Origin: Opitutia bacterium
GTDB taxonomy: Bacteria > Verrucomicrobiota > Verrucomicrobiia > Opitutales > Opitutaceae
Assembly (NCBI GenBank): GCA_947478395.1
Contig: CANJVR010000001.1
Span: forward strand, 224,001-288,000
Length of the DNA: 64,000 nucleotides
Reading direction: 5' to 3'
How positions within the stretch are numbered: position 1 is the first letter of the stretch; each line of letters opens with the position of its first letter. The position numbers and the translations under genes are program-made. Below are positions 23,631 to 34,265 of this stretch, piece after piece. The notes under the pieces are model-generated. The model was not told the origin of the DNA. It was given only the letters and a program-made list of their open reading frames with translations, and did no database searches.

Positions 23631-25364
23631 ATGAATCCCACCCCATGCCTCCCGCGCGCCGCACTCGCGACGCTCATTTTCAGCATCGCCGCAGCCGGCC
23701 TTTCTGCCGCCACCGCGCCCAGCCCAGTCGTGATTCTTCCGAGCGTGACCTACAAACCTTCCGAGGTGATCACGCTGTGGCCTGGCCTGCCACCCGGCGA
23801 TAAACCCGGTATGGGGCCTGAGTATATTCTTCCCGAGCGCCCGCGGCCCTTCGATCAGATCACCGACATCTCGGTCCCCACCCTTTCCGTCTTCCTCCCG
23901 CCGGCGGCGATAAACACCGGCACCGCGATCCTCGTGATTCCAGGCGGTGGACTCGAACGCCTCGCGCTCGAACACGAGGGCTTCGAGATCGCCGAATGGC
24001 TGAACTCGAAGGGCATCGCCGCCTTCATGCTCAAATACCGCGTGCCGCCGCGCGATCCCGCCGCCCGCTGGAAGGTCGGCTTGCAGGACGCGCAGCGCGC
24101 GATGGGTATTATTCATTCCCGCGCCGCCGAGTGGCACGTGGACGACGACGCGATCGGAACCATTGGTTTCTCCGCCGGTGGCGAAATCAACGTCCTCCTT
24201 TCCGTCCACCACAGCGAACCGCGCCAATATCCTCTCGTCGACGCCGCCGATAAATTTTCCACCCGGCCGGATTTCAACATCGTGATGTACGGCGGCGGTT
24301 ACACGAACAACGCGACCAATTCGCTGCGCGAAGATGTCGCCTCGCGCATCAACGCGACCACGCCACCGATGTTTATCGTTCACGCCTTCGACGACGCGTC
24401 GCTCTCATCGATCATCCTCATGAACGCGCTCAAGCGGGCCAACATCGCGTCCGAACTGCACATCTTCGGCGCGGGCGGTCACGGCTTCGGCATTCGCGGC
24501 ACGGGTCTGCCCGTGGGCCACTGGTCCGAGCTGTGTCTGAACTGGCTCGAATGGCAGGGCTACCTCGACGTGGTGCCGGTGAGAAAATTGGCGCGCGACT
24601 TGTTCAAAGCGCGGACCGGTGGCGCGGCCAGCCTCCCGAGTTTCAGTGCCGCGTTGCCCAAGGCGGATCTCAATCAGGCCTTCGCGGTACAGCGTCGGTT
24701 CGTCGGTCTCACGCTCCGCGCCGGTGACGAAGTCGCCGGCTACACGGGGGCGTTTACCACCGCGGCGGCGCAGAAAGCCGTGAAGCTCAGCCAACCGGTG
24801 CACGGCGTTTTACTGAAGTCCGGCCGCATCGACGCCAAACCCGGCACCGCCGTCGTCGTTGCAGTGAAACAGCCGGTGCGCGTTGAAGCCCAAATCGGAT
24901 ATGTGATGGGCTTCGACATCGGCACGAAACTCGTCGTCCCCCGCCAGGCGCTCACAACCGTCGAAATGATGGTGCCCGTGGTCGAATTGCCGGGCACTGG
25001 AGCGCCACTGAAAAACGGCCTGATCACCGGCAATCCGCTCGATGCCGTCGCCGAAAACCTCGGCGCGAACCGCTTCATCGTTGGACCGGCCGTCGCCCCG
25101 AAGTTGGTGGGGAATACCGATGCGCTCGCGGTCACGCTCAATCGCAACGGGCAGAAAATTTCCGCCGCCACCGGAGCGGACGCGAAGGACGGACAGGGCC
25201 GGATGCTGATGACGTTGATCAACCAGATCATCGACCAAGGTCGCGTTATCCATCGCGGTGACATCATTCTCTCCGGTCCGCTCGGCGGCGTGCAGTCCGG
25301 TGAAAAGGGAAATTACACCGCGGAATTCGGCGCGCTTGGCAGCGTGGCCTTCACGCTCGAGTGA
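23631..25364 (+). CDS. Alpha/beta-hydrolase (carbohydrate esterase-like) fused to 2-keto-4-pentenoate hydratase/FAH-like domain
   Basis: PGGG oxyanion, GFSAGG nucleophile, GGHGFG; C-terminal AFAVQRR..VAGY, PVHGVL, GDIILSG, FGALGSV. Confidence 0.82.
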   Translation: MNPTPCLPRAALATLIFSIAAAGLSAATAPSPVVILPSVTYKPSEVITLWPGLPPGDKPGMGPEYILPERPRPFDQITDISVPTLSVFLPPAAINTGTAILVIPGGGLERLALEHEGFEIAEWLNSKGIAAFMLKYRVPPRDPAARWKVGLQDAQRAMGIIHSRAAEWHVDDDAIGTIGFSAGGEINVLLSVHHSEPRQYPLVDAADKFSTRPDFNIVMYGGGYTNNATNSLREDVASRINATTPPMFIVHAFDDASLSSIILMNALKRANIASELHIFGAGGHGFGIRGTGLPVGHWSELCLNWLEWQGYLDVVPVRKLARDLFKARTGGAASLPSFSAALPKADLNQAFAVQRRFVGLTLRAGDEVAGYTGAFTTAAAQKAVKLSQPVHGVLLKSGRIDAKPGTAVVVAVKQPVRVEAQIGYVMGFDIGTKLVVPRQALTTVEMMVPVVELPGTGAPLKNGLITGNPLDAVAENLGANRFIVGPAVAPKLVGNTDALAVTLNRNGQKISAATGADAKDGQGRMLMTLINQIIDQGRVIHRGDIILSGPLGGVQSGEKGNYTAEFGALGSVAFTLE

Positions 25365-25480
25365 ACGGGGCGGCACGCGCGATTCTGATCGGGACGAGGA
25401 GAGCGAGCGAGGCCTGAGCCCAACCCGCCCTGCGGGCCCTCGTCTCCTCGAGCGGTTTGAGGTTTCCTTGGCTGTATTGT

Positions 25481-25550
25481 GTAGCGGCAGGCGTCTCTGC
25501 CTGCCGAAGCGAGTACGCCGAACCCGGCAGGCAGGGACGCCTGCCGCTAC
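25481..25550. repeat. 70-bp GTAG REP doublet (REPIN/MITE core)
   Basis: gtagcggcaggcgtctctgcctgccg-N18-cggcaggcagggacgcctgccgctac. Confidence 0.85.
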
Positions 25551-25645
25551 GTCGTTAACCGCTGGGCCTATAAGTGTTCCCCGGCTTGTCCGCAGCTCCA
25601 GGAATCTTTGTGACTTTTGGTGGCCAACCTGCCGAAACTTTTCGG

Positions 25646-26455
25646 CTACTTTTTCCGCGTCAGTTCCAGATACGCGTCCGCGTAGCGCTGGCCGAGTTTC
25701 CGGTACGAGTCGGAATCGAAATGAGTCTTGTCGCCTTTGTCCGTGAGTCCTTCGGAACTCACGAAGGCCGTGTGCGGAACTTTTTTCGGCAGATCGCGCG
25801 TGGCCTGATCGACCGGCGCCTTGAACTCATTGCGCGGCTCGATGCCATAGAACGTCCCGAGTTGGCCGGCGATGAACGGCACCTCCGGCGCATTTAGATC
25901 CCGCCGCAGACGCGCGATCAGATCGTGCAACTTCACTTCATACGCGGCCGCGAGCCCGACCTTTGAATCAGACTCGCCCTGATGCCAGAGGATGCCCTTG
26001 AGCGTGCCGGCCGGCAGCGCGAGCTTTGCGCGGACCATGGTGTCGTCCCACGGATGCGTTTTGGTTTCAGGATACAACACGCCCGGCAGCCACGAATCGA
26101 TCGGCGAACCCCCGACCGCGCAGGGAATCAACCCGATGGTCACCGTCGGGTCGGCCTTCAACAACGCCAGAGCGAAACTGCGACCGAGCCCAACGCCCGC
26201 AGCGGGTTTATCGAAATGCATCGGATCGACGGCAGGCACCCACTGGCCGTCTTTGTTCAACATCAACACGCGCGGGTTCGGCACTTGATCGGCGGGCGTA
26301 ACGACGCCGCGGCCGGCCATGTTCGACTGACCCACGAGCAAGAAGAGGTGAAATTTTTCCTTCGACGGCAGCGCCGGCGCTTGGGCGCGGGCGAACGGTG
26401 TAAGCAGGCCGACGGTTAAGATCGTCAGGCAGACAATGAGGGGATGGGAGGACAT
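25646..26455 (-). CDS. SASA/CE6-family carbohydrate acetylesterase
   Basis: GQSNMAGRG, GLIPCAVGGS, WHQGESD, DKTHF. Confidence 0.9.
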   Translation of the reverse strand: MSSHPLIVCLTILTVGLLTPFARAQAPALPSKEKFHLFLLVGQSNMAGRGVVTPADQVPNPRVLMLNKDGQWVPAVDPMHFDKPAAGVGLGRSFALALLKADPTVTIGLIPCAVGGSPIDSWLPGVLYPETKTHPWDDTMVRAKLALPAGTLKGILWHQGESDSKVGLAAAYEVKLHDLIARLRRDLNAPEVPFIAGQLGTFYGIEPRNEFKAPVDQATRDLPKKVPHTAFVSSEGLTDKGDKTHFDSDSYRKLGQRYADAYLELTRKK

Positions 26456-26560
26456 GGGGTGAAAAGCGGAAAGAAGCGTTAGATTTAAATGATGATTTCC
26501 GAAGTAGCGCGAGGCTTTAGCCCGTGTTCCGATAGCCAAACCGCGGGCTGAGGCACCGCG

Positions 26561-27046
26561 CTACTTTCGTTCGGCCAGAAGTTCGTCGATCAGCGGAGCG
26601 AGCGGAATAAAACGGCGCACCAGATCGGCCACGTCTTCGGCGAGGCGTTTATCATCTAGCTCGATCCACCCCTGTATCAGCGTCTGCGGGCCGAAATCAA
26701 CCGACACGTTCGGCCAACTTTGGGCCGAAGGAGCGAACCGCTTCCGAAACGCCTCGGCAAATTTCCGGCTTTCGAGGCGGTACGCGCTAAGACGCCGTAA
26801 CTTCAGCGCATGAATGTTATAAAACACCCGGTTCGCACTTACGCCCTTCGGTTCGATCCACACCGAAAAGAAAATGCCGATGTCGGTGGGTATCGCCGGT
26901 TTTTCGAGCCACCCGGGTTTCGCGACTTTCAGCGCGGCGGAGTCGACCCATTCGCCAACGTGGGCCTCAAGCTGCGCTTGCTTGAGCGCGACTCGCATCT
27001 GGCGGGCGGCAATTTCAAATTTTTCGAGATAGGATTTCGTCAACAC
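26561..27046 (-). CDS. Hypothetical protein
   Basis: 161 aa, plausible composition (YNIHALKLR, WPNVSVDFGPQTL). Confidence 0.7.
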   Translation of the reverse strand: MLTKSYLEKFEIAARQMRVALKQAQLEAHVGEWVDSAALKVAKPGWLEKPAIPTDIGIFFSVWIEPKGVSANRVFYNIHALKLRRLSAYRLESRKFAEAFRKRFAPSAQSWPNVSVDFGPQTLIQGWIELDDKRLAEDVADLVRRFIPLAPLIDELLAERK

Positions 27047-27092
27047 GTTTTCATTTCATGAAGCCCGGTTTTTTGAACGCGTCGAAGCCCAC

Positions 27093-28037
27093 TCACCGAT
27101 TGCGCGGGTGAAACTTCGTATGCTGCTCAAGCAGGCGCGACGATTCCACGGCGGTATAAATCTGCGTCGTCGCGATGCTCGCGTGGCCCAGCATTTCTTG
27201 AATCCCCCGCAGATCCGCGCCGCCGCCGAGCAGATGCGTTGCGAACGAATGCCGCAGCGCGTGCGGCTTCACGACCTTCGTGATTCCGGCGCGGCGCGCG
27301 TGTTTTTTCACGATGTACCAAAGGGTGATCCGCGAAAGCGCGCCGCCGCGGGTGCTCAGGAAAAGCTGGCTGCCCGTGCGCGATTTCACGAAATGCGGAC
27401 GGCCGGAAATCACATACGTGGCGATCGCGTCCCGGGCGCGTCCCCCGATGGGCACGACGCGTTCCTTCGAACCTTTGCCGAAGACGCGCAGAAAACCCTG
27501 CTCCAGATCGATCTGTTGCAACATCACCGCCGCGAGTTCCGAGACGCGCAGGCCACTCGAATAAAAAAGCTCGAGCATCGCGCGATCGCGCAACGACGCC
27601 GGATCACCGCCATTCGGCGCCGTGAGCAGACGGATGATTTCCTCGGGCGTGAGCGTTTCAGGCAGACGGCGTCCTAGCTTCGGTCCGGCGAGCAACGCCG
27701 TGAAATCATCGTCGATAATTTTCTCCCTCACCAGGTAACGCGTGAACATCCGCAACGCGGTGAGTTTGCGGGCAAGACTCGCGGGCGCGGCGGCACCGCG
27801 ACTGAGGTGATGCAGCCATTCGCCGGCCCGGGTCGCCGTCGTCGTGCGCCAGCCAGCGACTCCGGCCTGCGCCAGAAATTTCGCGCACTGGTCGAGATCG
27901 CGTTGGTAATTTTCGCGCGTGTGACGCGAGAGCCCGCGCTCAAGATCAATGAACGCAATGAAGCCATCGATGTCCGAGGCAAACGCCGGCGGAGCCTTGC
28001 TCAGGGCGGCGGAGCGAGACTTGGCAGGACGGGGCAT
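27093..28037 (-). CDS. xerD: Site-specific tyrosine recombinase XerD
   Basis: ERGLSRHT..Y..DL N-domain, LRDRAMLELFYSSGLRVSEL, GKGSKER, HALRHSFATHLL, MLGHASIATTQIYT. Confidence 0.9.
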   Translation of the reverse strand: MPRPAKSRSAALSKAPPAFASDIDGFIAFIDLERGLSRHTRENYQRDLDQCAKFLAQAGVAGWRTTTATRAGEWLHHLSRGAAAPASLARKLTALRMFTRYLVREKIIDDDFTALLAGPKLGRRLPETLTPEEIIRLLTAPNGGDPASLRDRAMLELFYSSGLRVSELAAVMLQQIDLEQGFLRVFGKGSKERVVPIGGRARDAIATYVISGRPHFVKSRTGSQLFLSTRGGALSRITLWYIVKKHARRAGITKVVKPHALRHSFATHLLGGGADLRGIQEMLGHASIATTQIYTAVESSRLLEQHTKFHPRNR

Positions 28038-28175
28038 GACAAGGCCTTGAGTTTTGATTTTTGGGTTCCGCGTTTTGAGTTTCTGCAACCGGCGAGGCAG
28101 GCTGGCCTTTCAACCCGAAACTCGAAACTCAGAACTCTAAACTGAAAGCGGTGGAGGCTTCAGCCTCGCGCTAAT

Positions 28176-28436
28176 TTAATAGCGCCGACGCATCGGCGGA
28201 CGCGGGAGCGGATTCGCCTCTTTCATGCGGAAGGTGATGCGCGCCTTTTCCAAATCGTACGGGCTCATCTCCATCTTCACGTTGTCGCCCGCGGCGATCT
28301 TGATGAAATTCTTGCGGAGCTTGCCCGAGATGTGCGCGAGCACCATGTGGCCGTTGGCCAGCTGCACCTTGAACATCGTGCCCGGGAGCACCGTGATAAC
28401 TTTCCCCTCAACTTCGATCGCGTCGTTCTCAGGCAT
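28176..28436 (-). CDS. infA: Translation initiation factor IF-1
   Basis: [40 protein letters not shown]. Confidence 0.96.
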   Translation of the reverse strand: MPENDAIEVEGKVITVLPGTMFKVQLANGHMVLAHISGKLRKNFIKIAAGDNVKMEMSPYDLEKARITFRMKEANPLPRPPMRRRY

Positions 28437-28563
28437 GGATTACGAGGAGTTGAGGAATCGAGAGGGACGTCATGGATGAGTGCGCGAGTGCTGCGTAAAG
28501 CATACTTGTAAGCGGTAAAGCCCCCGCGTAAGTCAAGGTTTTCCTCCGCGACGCACCTCATTC

Positions 28564-29091
28564 ATGACCGATCCCGCCCGCCCTCTGCCCGCCTGCCCAT
28601 TCGAGAAGCGGTTTCCCTCTCAGCTCGCGCGCGACGATGCGTTTTTCATGTCGCTCGCGTTCAATCAGGCTGTCGACGCCTGGCGCGTCGACGAAGTTCC
28701 GATCGGCGCCGTGATTGAAATCGGCGGAGAAATCGTCGCGGCGGCGCACAACACCGTCGCCGCCTCCAACGATCCGACGGCCCACGCCGAGATGCTCGCC
28801 CTCACTCAAGCCGCCGCGAAGCTCGGCAACTGGCGGCTGGAAGGCGCGACGGTTTATGTGACCAAGGAGCCCTGTCCGATGTGCTCCGGCGCAATGCTGA
28901 TGTCACGGGTGAAACGCGTCTGTTACGCGGTGCCCGATCCGAAAATGGGCTGTCTCGGCGGCGCCACCAATTTGAACGATCTCCCTCGGGTGAATCATCA
29001 TCTCGAGCTCACCGCCGGCGGCGTGCTCGAATCAGAGTGCCGCGAATTACTGCAGGCATTTTTTCGCATGAAGCGACGCGAAGAGATTTAG
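28564..29091 (+). CDS. tadA: tRNA adenosine(34) deaminase
   Basis: EVPIGAV, DPTAHAEM, EPCPMCSGA. Confidence 0.92.
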   Translation: MTDPARPLPACPFEKRFPSQLARDDAFFMSLAFNQAVDAWRVDEVPIGAVIEIGGEIVAAAHNTVAASNDPTAHAEMLALTQAAAKLGNWRLEGATVYVTKEPCPMCSGAMLMSRVKRVCYAVPDPKMGCLGGATNLNDLPRVNHHLELTAGGVLESECRELLQAFFRMKRREEI

Positions 29092-29263
29092 CGGCCAAGG
29101 GTAATGGGGGCGTGACGCCCTCAACCCGCGATAGGGTGGCACCGTTGGCGCTGTCGATCGCGCGTGAGGGCACCCGCCCCCGATTCGGGCCCAGCCTTCG
29201 ACCGGCTCACGTTTCACCCGACGTCCGCACCAAAGATGGTTCCGCTTCCCGCCCACCCGCGCA

Positions 29264-29289
29264 CGAGGGAATGTCACTTAATAGGTGAC
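29264..29289. repeat. 26-bp palindromic motif, copy 1
   Basis: cgagggaatgtcacttaataggtgac, identical at 48691-48716. Confidence 0.75.
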
Positions 29290-29415
29290 ATGTTTGGTCG
29301 GTCGAAGGGCGGGCAGCCAGCGACATGAAAGGCGAAAGTTGACGCGTACCCGCACCGGTGCCTCTGTTTGCGGTCTGCTTCGTTTCTTATTTTAGAAATC
29401 AAATCATCCAATCCC

Positions 29416-30048
29416 ATGGCTTACACGCTTCCCGCCCTGCCCTACGCCCTCGACGCCCTCGTTCCGCACATCGATGCGAAGACGATGGAAATTCATCACG
29501 GTAAACATCACCAAGCCTACATCACCAACGCCAACAACCTGCTCAAGGACTCGCCCGATCTCGCCGCGCTCGACGTGAACGCGCTGATCGCCGATCTGAG
29601 CAAAGTGCCGGATGCGATCCGCGGCGGCGTGCGCAACAACGCCGGCGGCCACAGCAATCACTCGTTTTTCTGGACCATCATGGGCCCCGGCAAAGGTGGC
29701 GCGCCCAAAGGCACGCTCGCCGCGGCGATCGAAGCGCAGCTCGGCGGCTTCGCCAAATTCAAGGAAGACTTCGCGAAAGCTGGCGCCACGCGCTTCGGCT
29801 CAGGCTGGGCCTGGCTCATCGTCGGCGCCGACAAAAAACTTTCCATCGGCTCGACCGCCAACCAGGACAGCCCGCTGATGGGCAAGGCCGTCGCCGGCAT
29901 CGAAGGCAAACCCGTCATCGCCCTCGATGTCTGGGAGCACGCCTACTATCTCAATTACCAAAATCGCCGTCCGGATTACATCACCGCGTTCTGGAACGTC
30001 GTCGACTGGGACGCGGCCGAGGCGAACTACGCCGCCGCAACAAAGTAA
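29416..30048 (+). CDS. sodA: Fe/Mn superoxide dismutase (Mn-type signature)
   Basis: [35 protein letters not shown]. Confidence 0.93.
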   Translation: MAYTLPALPYALDALVPHIDAKTMEIHHGKHHQAYITNANNLLKDSPDLAALDVNALIADLSKVPDAIRGGVRNNAGGHSNHSFFWTIMGPGKGGAPKGTLAAAIEAQLGGFAKFKEDFAKAGATRFGSGWAWLIVGADKKLSIGSTANQDSPLMGKAVAGIEGKPVIALDVWEHAYYLNYQNRRPDYITAFWNVVDWDAAEANYAAATK

Positions 30049-30072
30049 GTCACCGCATCAATCTAAGAGTCC

Positions 30073-30102
30073 AAGCCGCGCCGATTTTCGGCGCGGCTTT
30101 TT
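30073..30102 (+). terminator. Rho-independent terminator after sod
   Basis: aagccgcgccga-tt-ttcggcgcggctt hairpin followed by a T run. Confidence 0.85.
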
Positions 30103-30450
30103 CGTGCGCCGCGATGTAGGCCAGCGCGCAGACCGCAATGCGGGTCGTTGCATCGGATATCGCCCCCGACCCAGAAAACGATTCACCCGCCCACCCGATT
30201 CTTTGCCCGGTTTTGGATTCGGCGTGGTTTAGTTCGAGAGCCAGCGGCCCGCGCGATGACGTCACGCTGCTCCGCCCTCACGCCGACGACGGCTCCGAAA
30301 TCGTCTTCACTGAACTCGCCAGCGCCCTGTCGCGCATTTCCACCACTCCGGTGATGTATCCGCGGGCAGGAAAGTGCTGACGAGGTGGTATATTCGCCAC
30401 CGAACTTTTGCGCTTCTTTGCCGAAACTTTCCGGCATCTTTTAGCGCGGA

Positions 30451-31941
30451 TCACTTCCCCACCGCCGCCGCAGCATCCCCCTCGATCGCAACATCGATTC
30501 GGCGTCCACGCGCCGTATGTTTGCTGATGCTGCTGCCGTCGCCCGATCGCAGCCCCCAGAACGTGAGCGACGATACAATCGTAATCGTACCCAGCGCGAA
30601 GAAAGCCTTGTGCAGGGCCGGTACCGCCTGGGCGGCGTCGGATTGATTCACGTGACCGAGAAAATAGCCGGCGAAGAGCGAGCCAAACGCCACGCCGAAA
30701 CTCAGCGAGAGTTGCTGCGCGGTACTCGCGATACTGCCGGCTTTGCTCGCGTCGCGATCGGAAACGTCGGCGTACACGAGCGAATTCATGGCCGTAAACT
30801 GCAGCGACGCGAAAAAGCCCTGCGCAAGGCTCAACCACAAAATCCCCCACTCCGGCGTGGCGGGGCCGATCTGCGTGAACACCATCATCGTCAGCCCGAG
30901 CAGCACCGTGTTGCCGATTAAAATCGTGCGATGCCCGAGCCGCTTGAGAATCGGCGCGCTGATCAATTTCATGCCCATCGCCGCGAGCGCCTGCGGCATC
31001 GTCAGCAAACCGGCTTTCCAAGCCGGATAGCCGAGGCCGATCTGATATAAAAGCGGCAAGAGAAAGGGCATGCCGCCGAAGCCGAGGCGGGTCACGAAGC
31101 CGCCGATGACCGCGACCCGAAAGGTCCGCACCTTGAGCAGATCAAGCTTGAGCAGCGGCGCATCGTCACGTTGCGCGTGCCAGCTGTACGCCGCGAGCAA
31201 CAGCAGCGAAATCACGAGGAGGAATACAATGGGCCCCGGCGCGAGCGAGTGTTCGCCGAAGACTTCGAGGACGTAGGAAAGCAACGCAATCCCAGCGCCG
31301 AAGAGCACGAAGCCGGCGCGATCGAGCGGGGCGACGTCGGCGTCACGAAAGTCCGGCATGTAGCGCTCGATCATCCACAGCCCCACAAGCGCGAGTGGAA
31401 TGTTGACGAAGAAAATCATCCGCCACGACAGCCAGTGCACAATCAACCCGCCGGCGAACGGTCCGAGCAACGGACCCAGCAGCGCGGGAATGATGACGTA
31501 GTTCATCGTCCGCAGGAGTTCGGACCGCGGAAACGCACGCAACAACGCGAGCCGACCGACCGGCGTCATCATCGCGCCGCCGATGCCTTGGAGGATCCGC
31601 GCGGCCACGAGCAGAGGAACGTTGGGCGCGAGCCCGCAGAAAAACGATCCCGCCATGAAAAGAATCACCGCGAGTTTGAACACGCGGCGCGTGCCGAAGC
31701 GGTCGGCCATCCAGCCGCTGATGGGAATAAAGACCGCCAGGGCCAGCGTGTAACTGGTGAGCACGCCCTTCAGGCTCAGCGGCTGGACCCCGAGATTCGC
31801 GGCCATCGTGGGCACCGCGGTGTTCACGATGGTCGCGTCGAGATTCTCCATGAAGAGCGCAACCGCGACGAGCCACGGCAGAAATTTTCGGGTCTCGGCG
31901 GAGACCTCGCTGCTCGTGGTGGCTGCGCCGGTGGACATCAT
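30451..31941 (-). CDS. MFS drug:H+ antiporter (DHA2, EmrB/QacA-like)
   Basis: FMENLDATIVNTAVP, GWMADRFGTRR, GPLLGPFAGG, WRMIFFVNIP. Confidence 0.92.
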   Translation of the reverse strand: MMSTGAATTSSEVSAETRKFLPWLVAVALFMENLDATIVNTAVPTMAANLGVQPLSLKGVLTSYTLALAVFIPISGWMADRFGTRRVFKLAVILFMAGSFFCGLAPNVPLLVAARILQGIGGAMMTPVGRLALLRAFPRSELLRTMNYVIIPALLGPLLGPFAGGLIVHWLSWRMIFFVNIPLALVGLWMIERYMPDFRDADVAPLDRAGFVLFGAGIALLSYVLEVFGEHSLAPGPIVFLLVISLLLLAAYSWHAQRDDAPLLKLDLLKVRTFRVAVIGGFVTRLGFGGMPFLLPLLYQIGLGYPAWKAGLLTMPQALAAMGMKLISAPILKRLGHRTILIGNTVLLGLTMMVFTQIGPATPEWGILWLSLAQGFFASLQFTAMNSLVYADVSDRDASKAGSIASTAQQLSLSFGVAFGSLFAGYFLGHVNQSDAAQAVPALHKAFFALGTITIVSSLTFWGLRSGDGSSISKHTARGRRIDVAIEGDAAAAVGK

Positions 31942-32087
31942 TGCGGATAAGATAGCGACCGATGACGGCGGCATTCGCAAACGAATCGGCGGCGGCGTGA
32001 GTAAGGTTTTTTCTTGAGTAGCGCGGTGCTTTCGCGCGCGGTCAGCACCCGCGACGCCAGCTGAAGCCTCGCGCCACCTCGGCACCC

Positions 32088-32549
32088 ATGATCAAACAAA
32101 TCGCTCATCTGTGTTTCAAAACAAGCCGGCTCGAAGCCATGACGGCATTTTATCGGGACGCCCTTGGCGCTACGGTGACGTTCCATTATCGCGCGAAGGA
32201 TGGACGACCGATCGGCACCTATTTCGCGTGGGGCCAGAATACCTTTCTGGAAATTTTCGACCACGCCGACGCGCACCGGCGGAGCAATTCACCGCAGCCA
32301 CTCGAGCCGCTGGAAGAACCACGCGACGCGTGGCTCATGCGCTACAATCATTTTTGTTTTCAGGTCGAGGACCTCAATGCATTCGTCGCCCTGATCGAAT
32401 CGCGCGGCGTAACGGTGACCGGTCGCAAGATTGGCAACGACCGTTCACACCAGGCCTGGATCAAAGATCCCGACGGCAATCTGATTGAGCTCCAGGAATA
32501 CACCGCGGGAAGCCGCCAGTTTACCGGCGAGGATTTCCAGGAGGCGTGA
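32088..32549 (+). CDS. VOC/glyoxalase family protein
   Basis: IAHLCF..FYRDALG, NHFCFQVED, DPDGNLIEL. Confidence 0.9.
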   Translation: MIKQIAHLCFKTSRLEAMTAFYRDALGATVTFHYRAKDGRPIGTYFAWGQNTFLEIFDHADAHRRSNSPQPLEPLEEPRDAWLMRYNHFCFQVEDLNAFVALIESRGVTVTGRKIGNDRSHQAWIKDPDGNLIELQEYTAGSRQFTGEDFQEA

Positions 32550-32593
32550 GGGCGGCGTAATCAGCCCGAGCCCAGAATTCACGGATTGCCCCG

Positions 32594-32703
32594 GTGGGCG
32601 GGGTGCCCTCACCCCGCTTGGAAGCGCGGCCGCATGGTCGTAAAGCGGCCGCGGGCGCCCGCGCTCCCAGAGAGCATTTGCGGGGTGAAGGTACCCCGCC
32701 CCA
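32594..32703. repeat. REP doublet, GGGGTGCCCTCACCCC family
   Basis: gtgggcggggtgccctcaccccgc ... gcggggtgaaggtaccccgcccca; relatives at 46520, 29105, 14211. Confidence 0.78.
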
Positions 32704-32734
32704 AAAAATACGAGCGGGAAAAAACCGAAACGCC

Positions 32735-34150
32735 TCAGGGTGTTTTCGGCGCATCGGCCGGCGCTCCGGGTGCACCCGGAGCTGCAGCGGCGCCGCCACG
32801 CGCACCACGTCCGCCGCGACCGCTGGCGTCAGGCGGCAGATCGAAATTCGCGGGGAGCGGCTCAGGATGCTTCGGATCGAAATTACCGAAATCATCCATG
32901 ATGAATTTCGCCAGCGGCAGATTGGCCTGCTTGATCCCAAGCACGATGCACTTCGACTGAAGATAGGCGCCGTATTCGACGTGGTGGGTGCGGTCGCCGA
33001 ACTGCTTGGTGCCTTCGGCTCCGAGGGCGATGTTCAGCTCCACGCCCATGGAATTCAGGTCGATGCCGGGCACGCCGACTTCCTGCGCGACAGCCATCGC
33101 GGCGGCGGCGTAGGTGCCGAGAATTTCATTTTTGTCGACCACATCGCGCCGGGCGGACGGCGAAGCGACGATGGGGAACGCGCCTTTTTTACGGGCGTCG
33201 GCGACGAACTGCCGCAGTAATTCCTTATAGGTCGTCGCCGCCGGCGCATAGGTCTCCGAAAAATCTTGGTTCGGATAAATATTCTGCGGGCCGCTGTTCT
33301 TCGAATCGTTGGTGCCGAATTCGATGATCACGTAGTCGCCGGGCTTGATGGAATCCAACACCTTTTCCCAGCGACGCTCCTTGAGGAAGCCCTTCAGCGT
33401 TTCGCCGGACTCGGCGTGATTCGCCACGGCGACGCCGGGTTTAAACCAACGGGTCGCCATCTGGCCCCAACTGGCGCCGCCGCCGCCTTGATCCGTGACC
33501 GTCGAATCGCCGAGAATGAAGAGCGTGATGGCGTCATCGACCTTTTGAATTTCGATGGCTGCAACCGCGGGATGCGAATCGCTGAACGCGAGCGTCAGCT
33601 TATCGTCCCAGTGACGCGCGATGGCCTCACGCGTCGTGAGATTCATTTCGCGGCTGTCCAGATTCACCTCGCCGCCCGTGGAAATTTTCGGCCCGCGTAC
33701 GTTGACCGTGAAGGTCCGCGTTTCAAATTTTCCGGCGGCGGTGCGGACCCGTTCAGCGACCAAGCGGCGCGTCTCAGCTTTAACGGTGGTGATGGCATCC
33801 GCGGCCGGATCGCCGAGCGTGAGCGTCACCCGGTAGTTGCCTTCGGGGACCTTGACGGAGAACAAAAACGGTTGCGCCGAAGTGACTGCGCCGCGTTGGA
33901 GTGGACTCCCGGTGGTGGACGGGACTGGAGTCACCGGCGTGCCGGGTTCGAAACCGTAGACGACGTCTTTTGAATACGTCGTCGTGGGAGCAACGAGCGT
34001 GTAACCGGGCGCGGCTTTTTCGGCGCCAAATTGAAATTTGAAGGACGTCGCGGGAACGGCCGCCGCGGCGTGAAGCGCGGAGGAGGCAACGAACGGCAGG
34101 AGCGATAAGAACGAAACCAGCCAGGAACGGAGACGGGAGGGGAATGACAT
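32735..34150 (-). CDS. Rhamnogalacturonan acetylesterase (CE12, SGNH) with N-terminal beta-sandwich
   Basis: GDSTVTDQ, SWGQM, NHAESG, FGTND, DRTH. Confidence 0.88.
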   Translation of the reverse strand: MSFPSRLRSWLVSFLSLLPFVASSALHAAAAVPATSFKFQFGAEKAAPGYTLVAPTTTYSKDVVYGFEPGTPVTPVPSTTGSPLQRGAVTSAQPFLFSVKVPEGNYRVTLTLGDPAADAITTVKAETRRLVAERVRTAAGKFETRTFTVNVRGPKISTGGEVNLDSREMNLTTREAIARHWDDKLTLAFSDSHPAVAAIEIQKVDDAITLFILGDSTVTDQGGGGASWGQMATRWFKPGVAVANHAESGETLKGFLKERRWEKVLDSIKPGDYVIIEFGTNDSKNSGPQNIYPNQDFSETYAPAATTYKELLRQFVADARKKGAFPIVASPSARRDVVDKNEILGTYAAAAMAVAQEVGVPGIDLNSMGVELNIALGAEGTKQFGDRTHHVEYGAYLQSKCIVLGIKQANLPLAKFIMDDFGNFDPKHPEPLPANFDLPPDASGRGGRGARGGAAAAPGAPGAPADAPKTP

Positions 34151-34265
34151 GATAAAGGGTGAGTCAGGGATTTTAAGTTAAAGATTTTTTGCCGCAGAAC
34201 GTCCAGCGCTCGGACCCAGCGCTCGCGGAGAACAACATGCTACGAGCTGCAGTGCCGTCGAAACA

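Noticed and set aside
27093..28037. Tyrosine recombinase as the array's integron integrase
   Set aside because: Typical XerD length and motifs, no IntI-specific insertion between the KGxKER patch and the HxLRH box, 18 kb away among housekeeping genes.
30103..30450. Small ORFs between sod and the MFS gene, and at 58304..58615
   Set aside because: No motifs or clear start context; cannot be supported.
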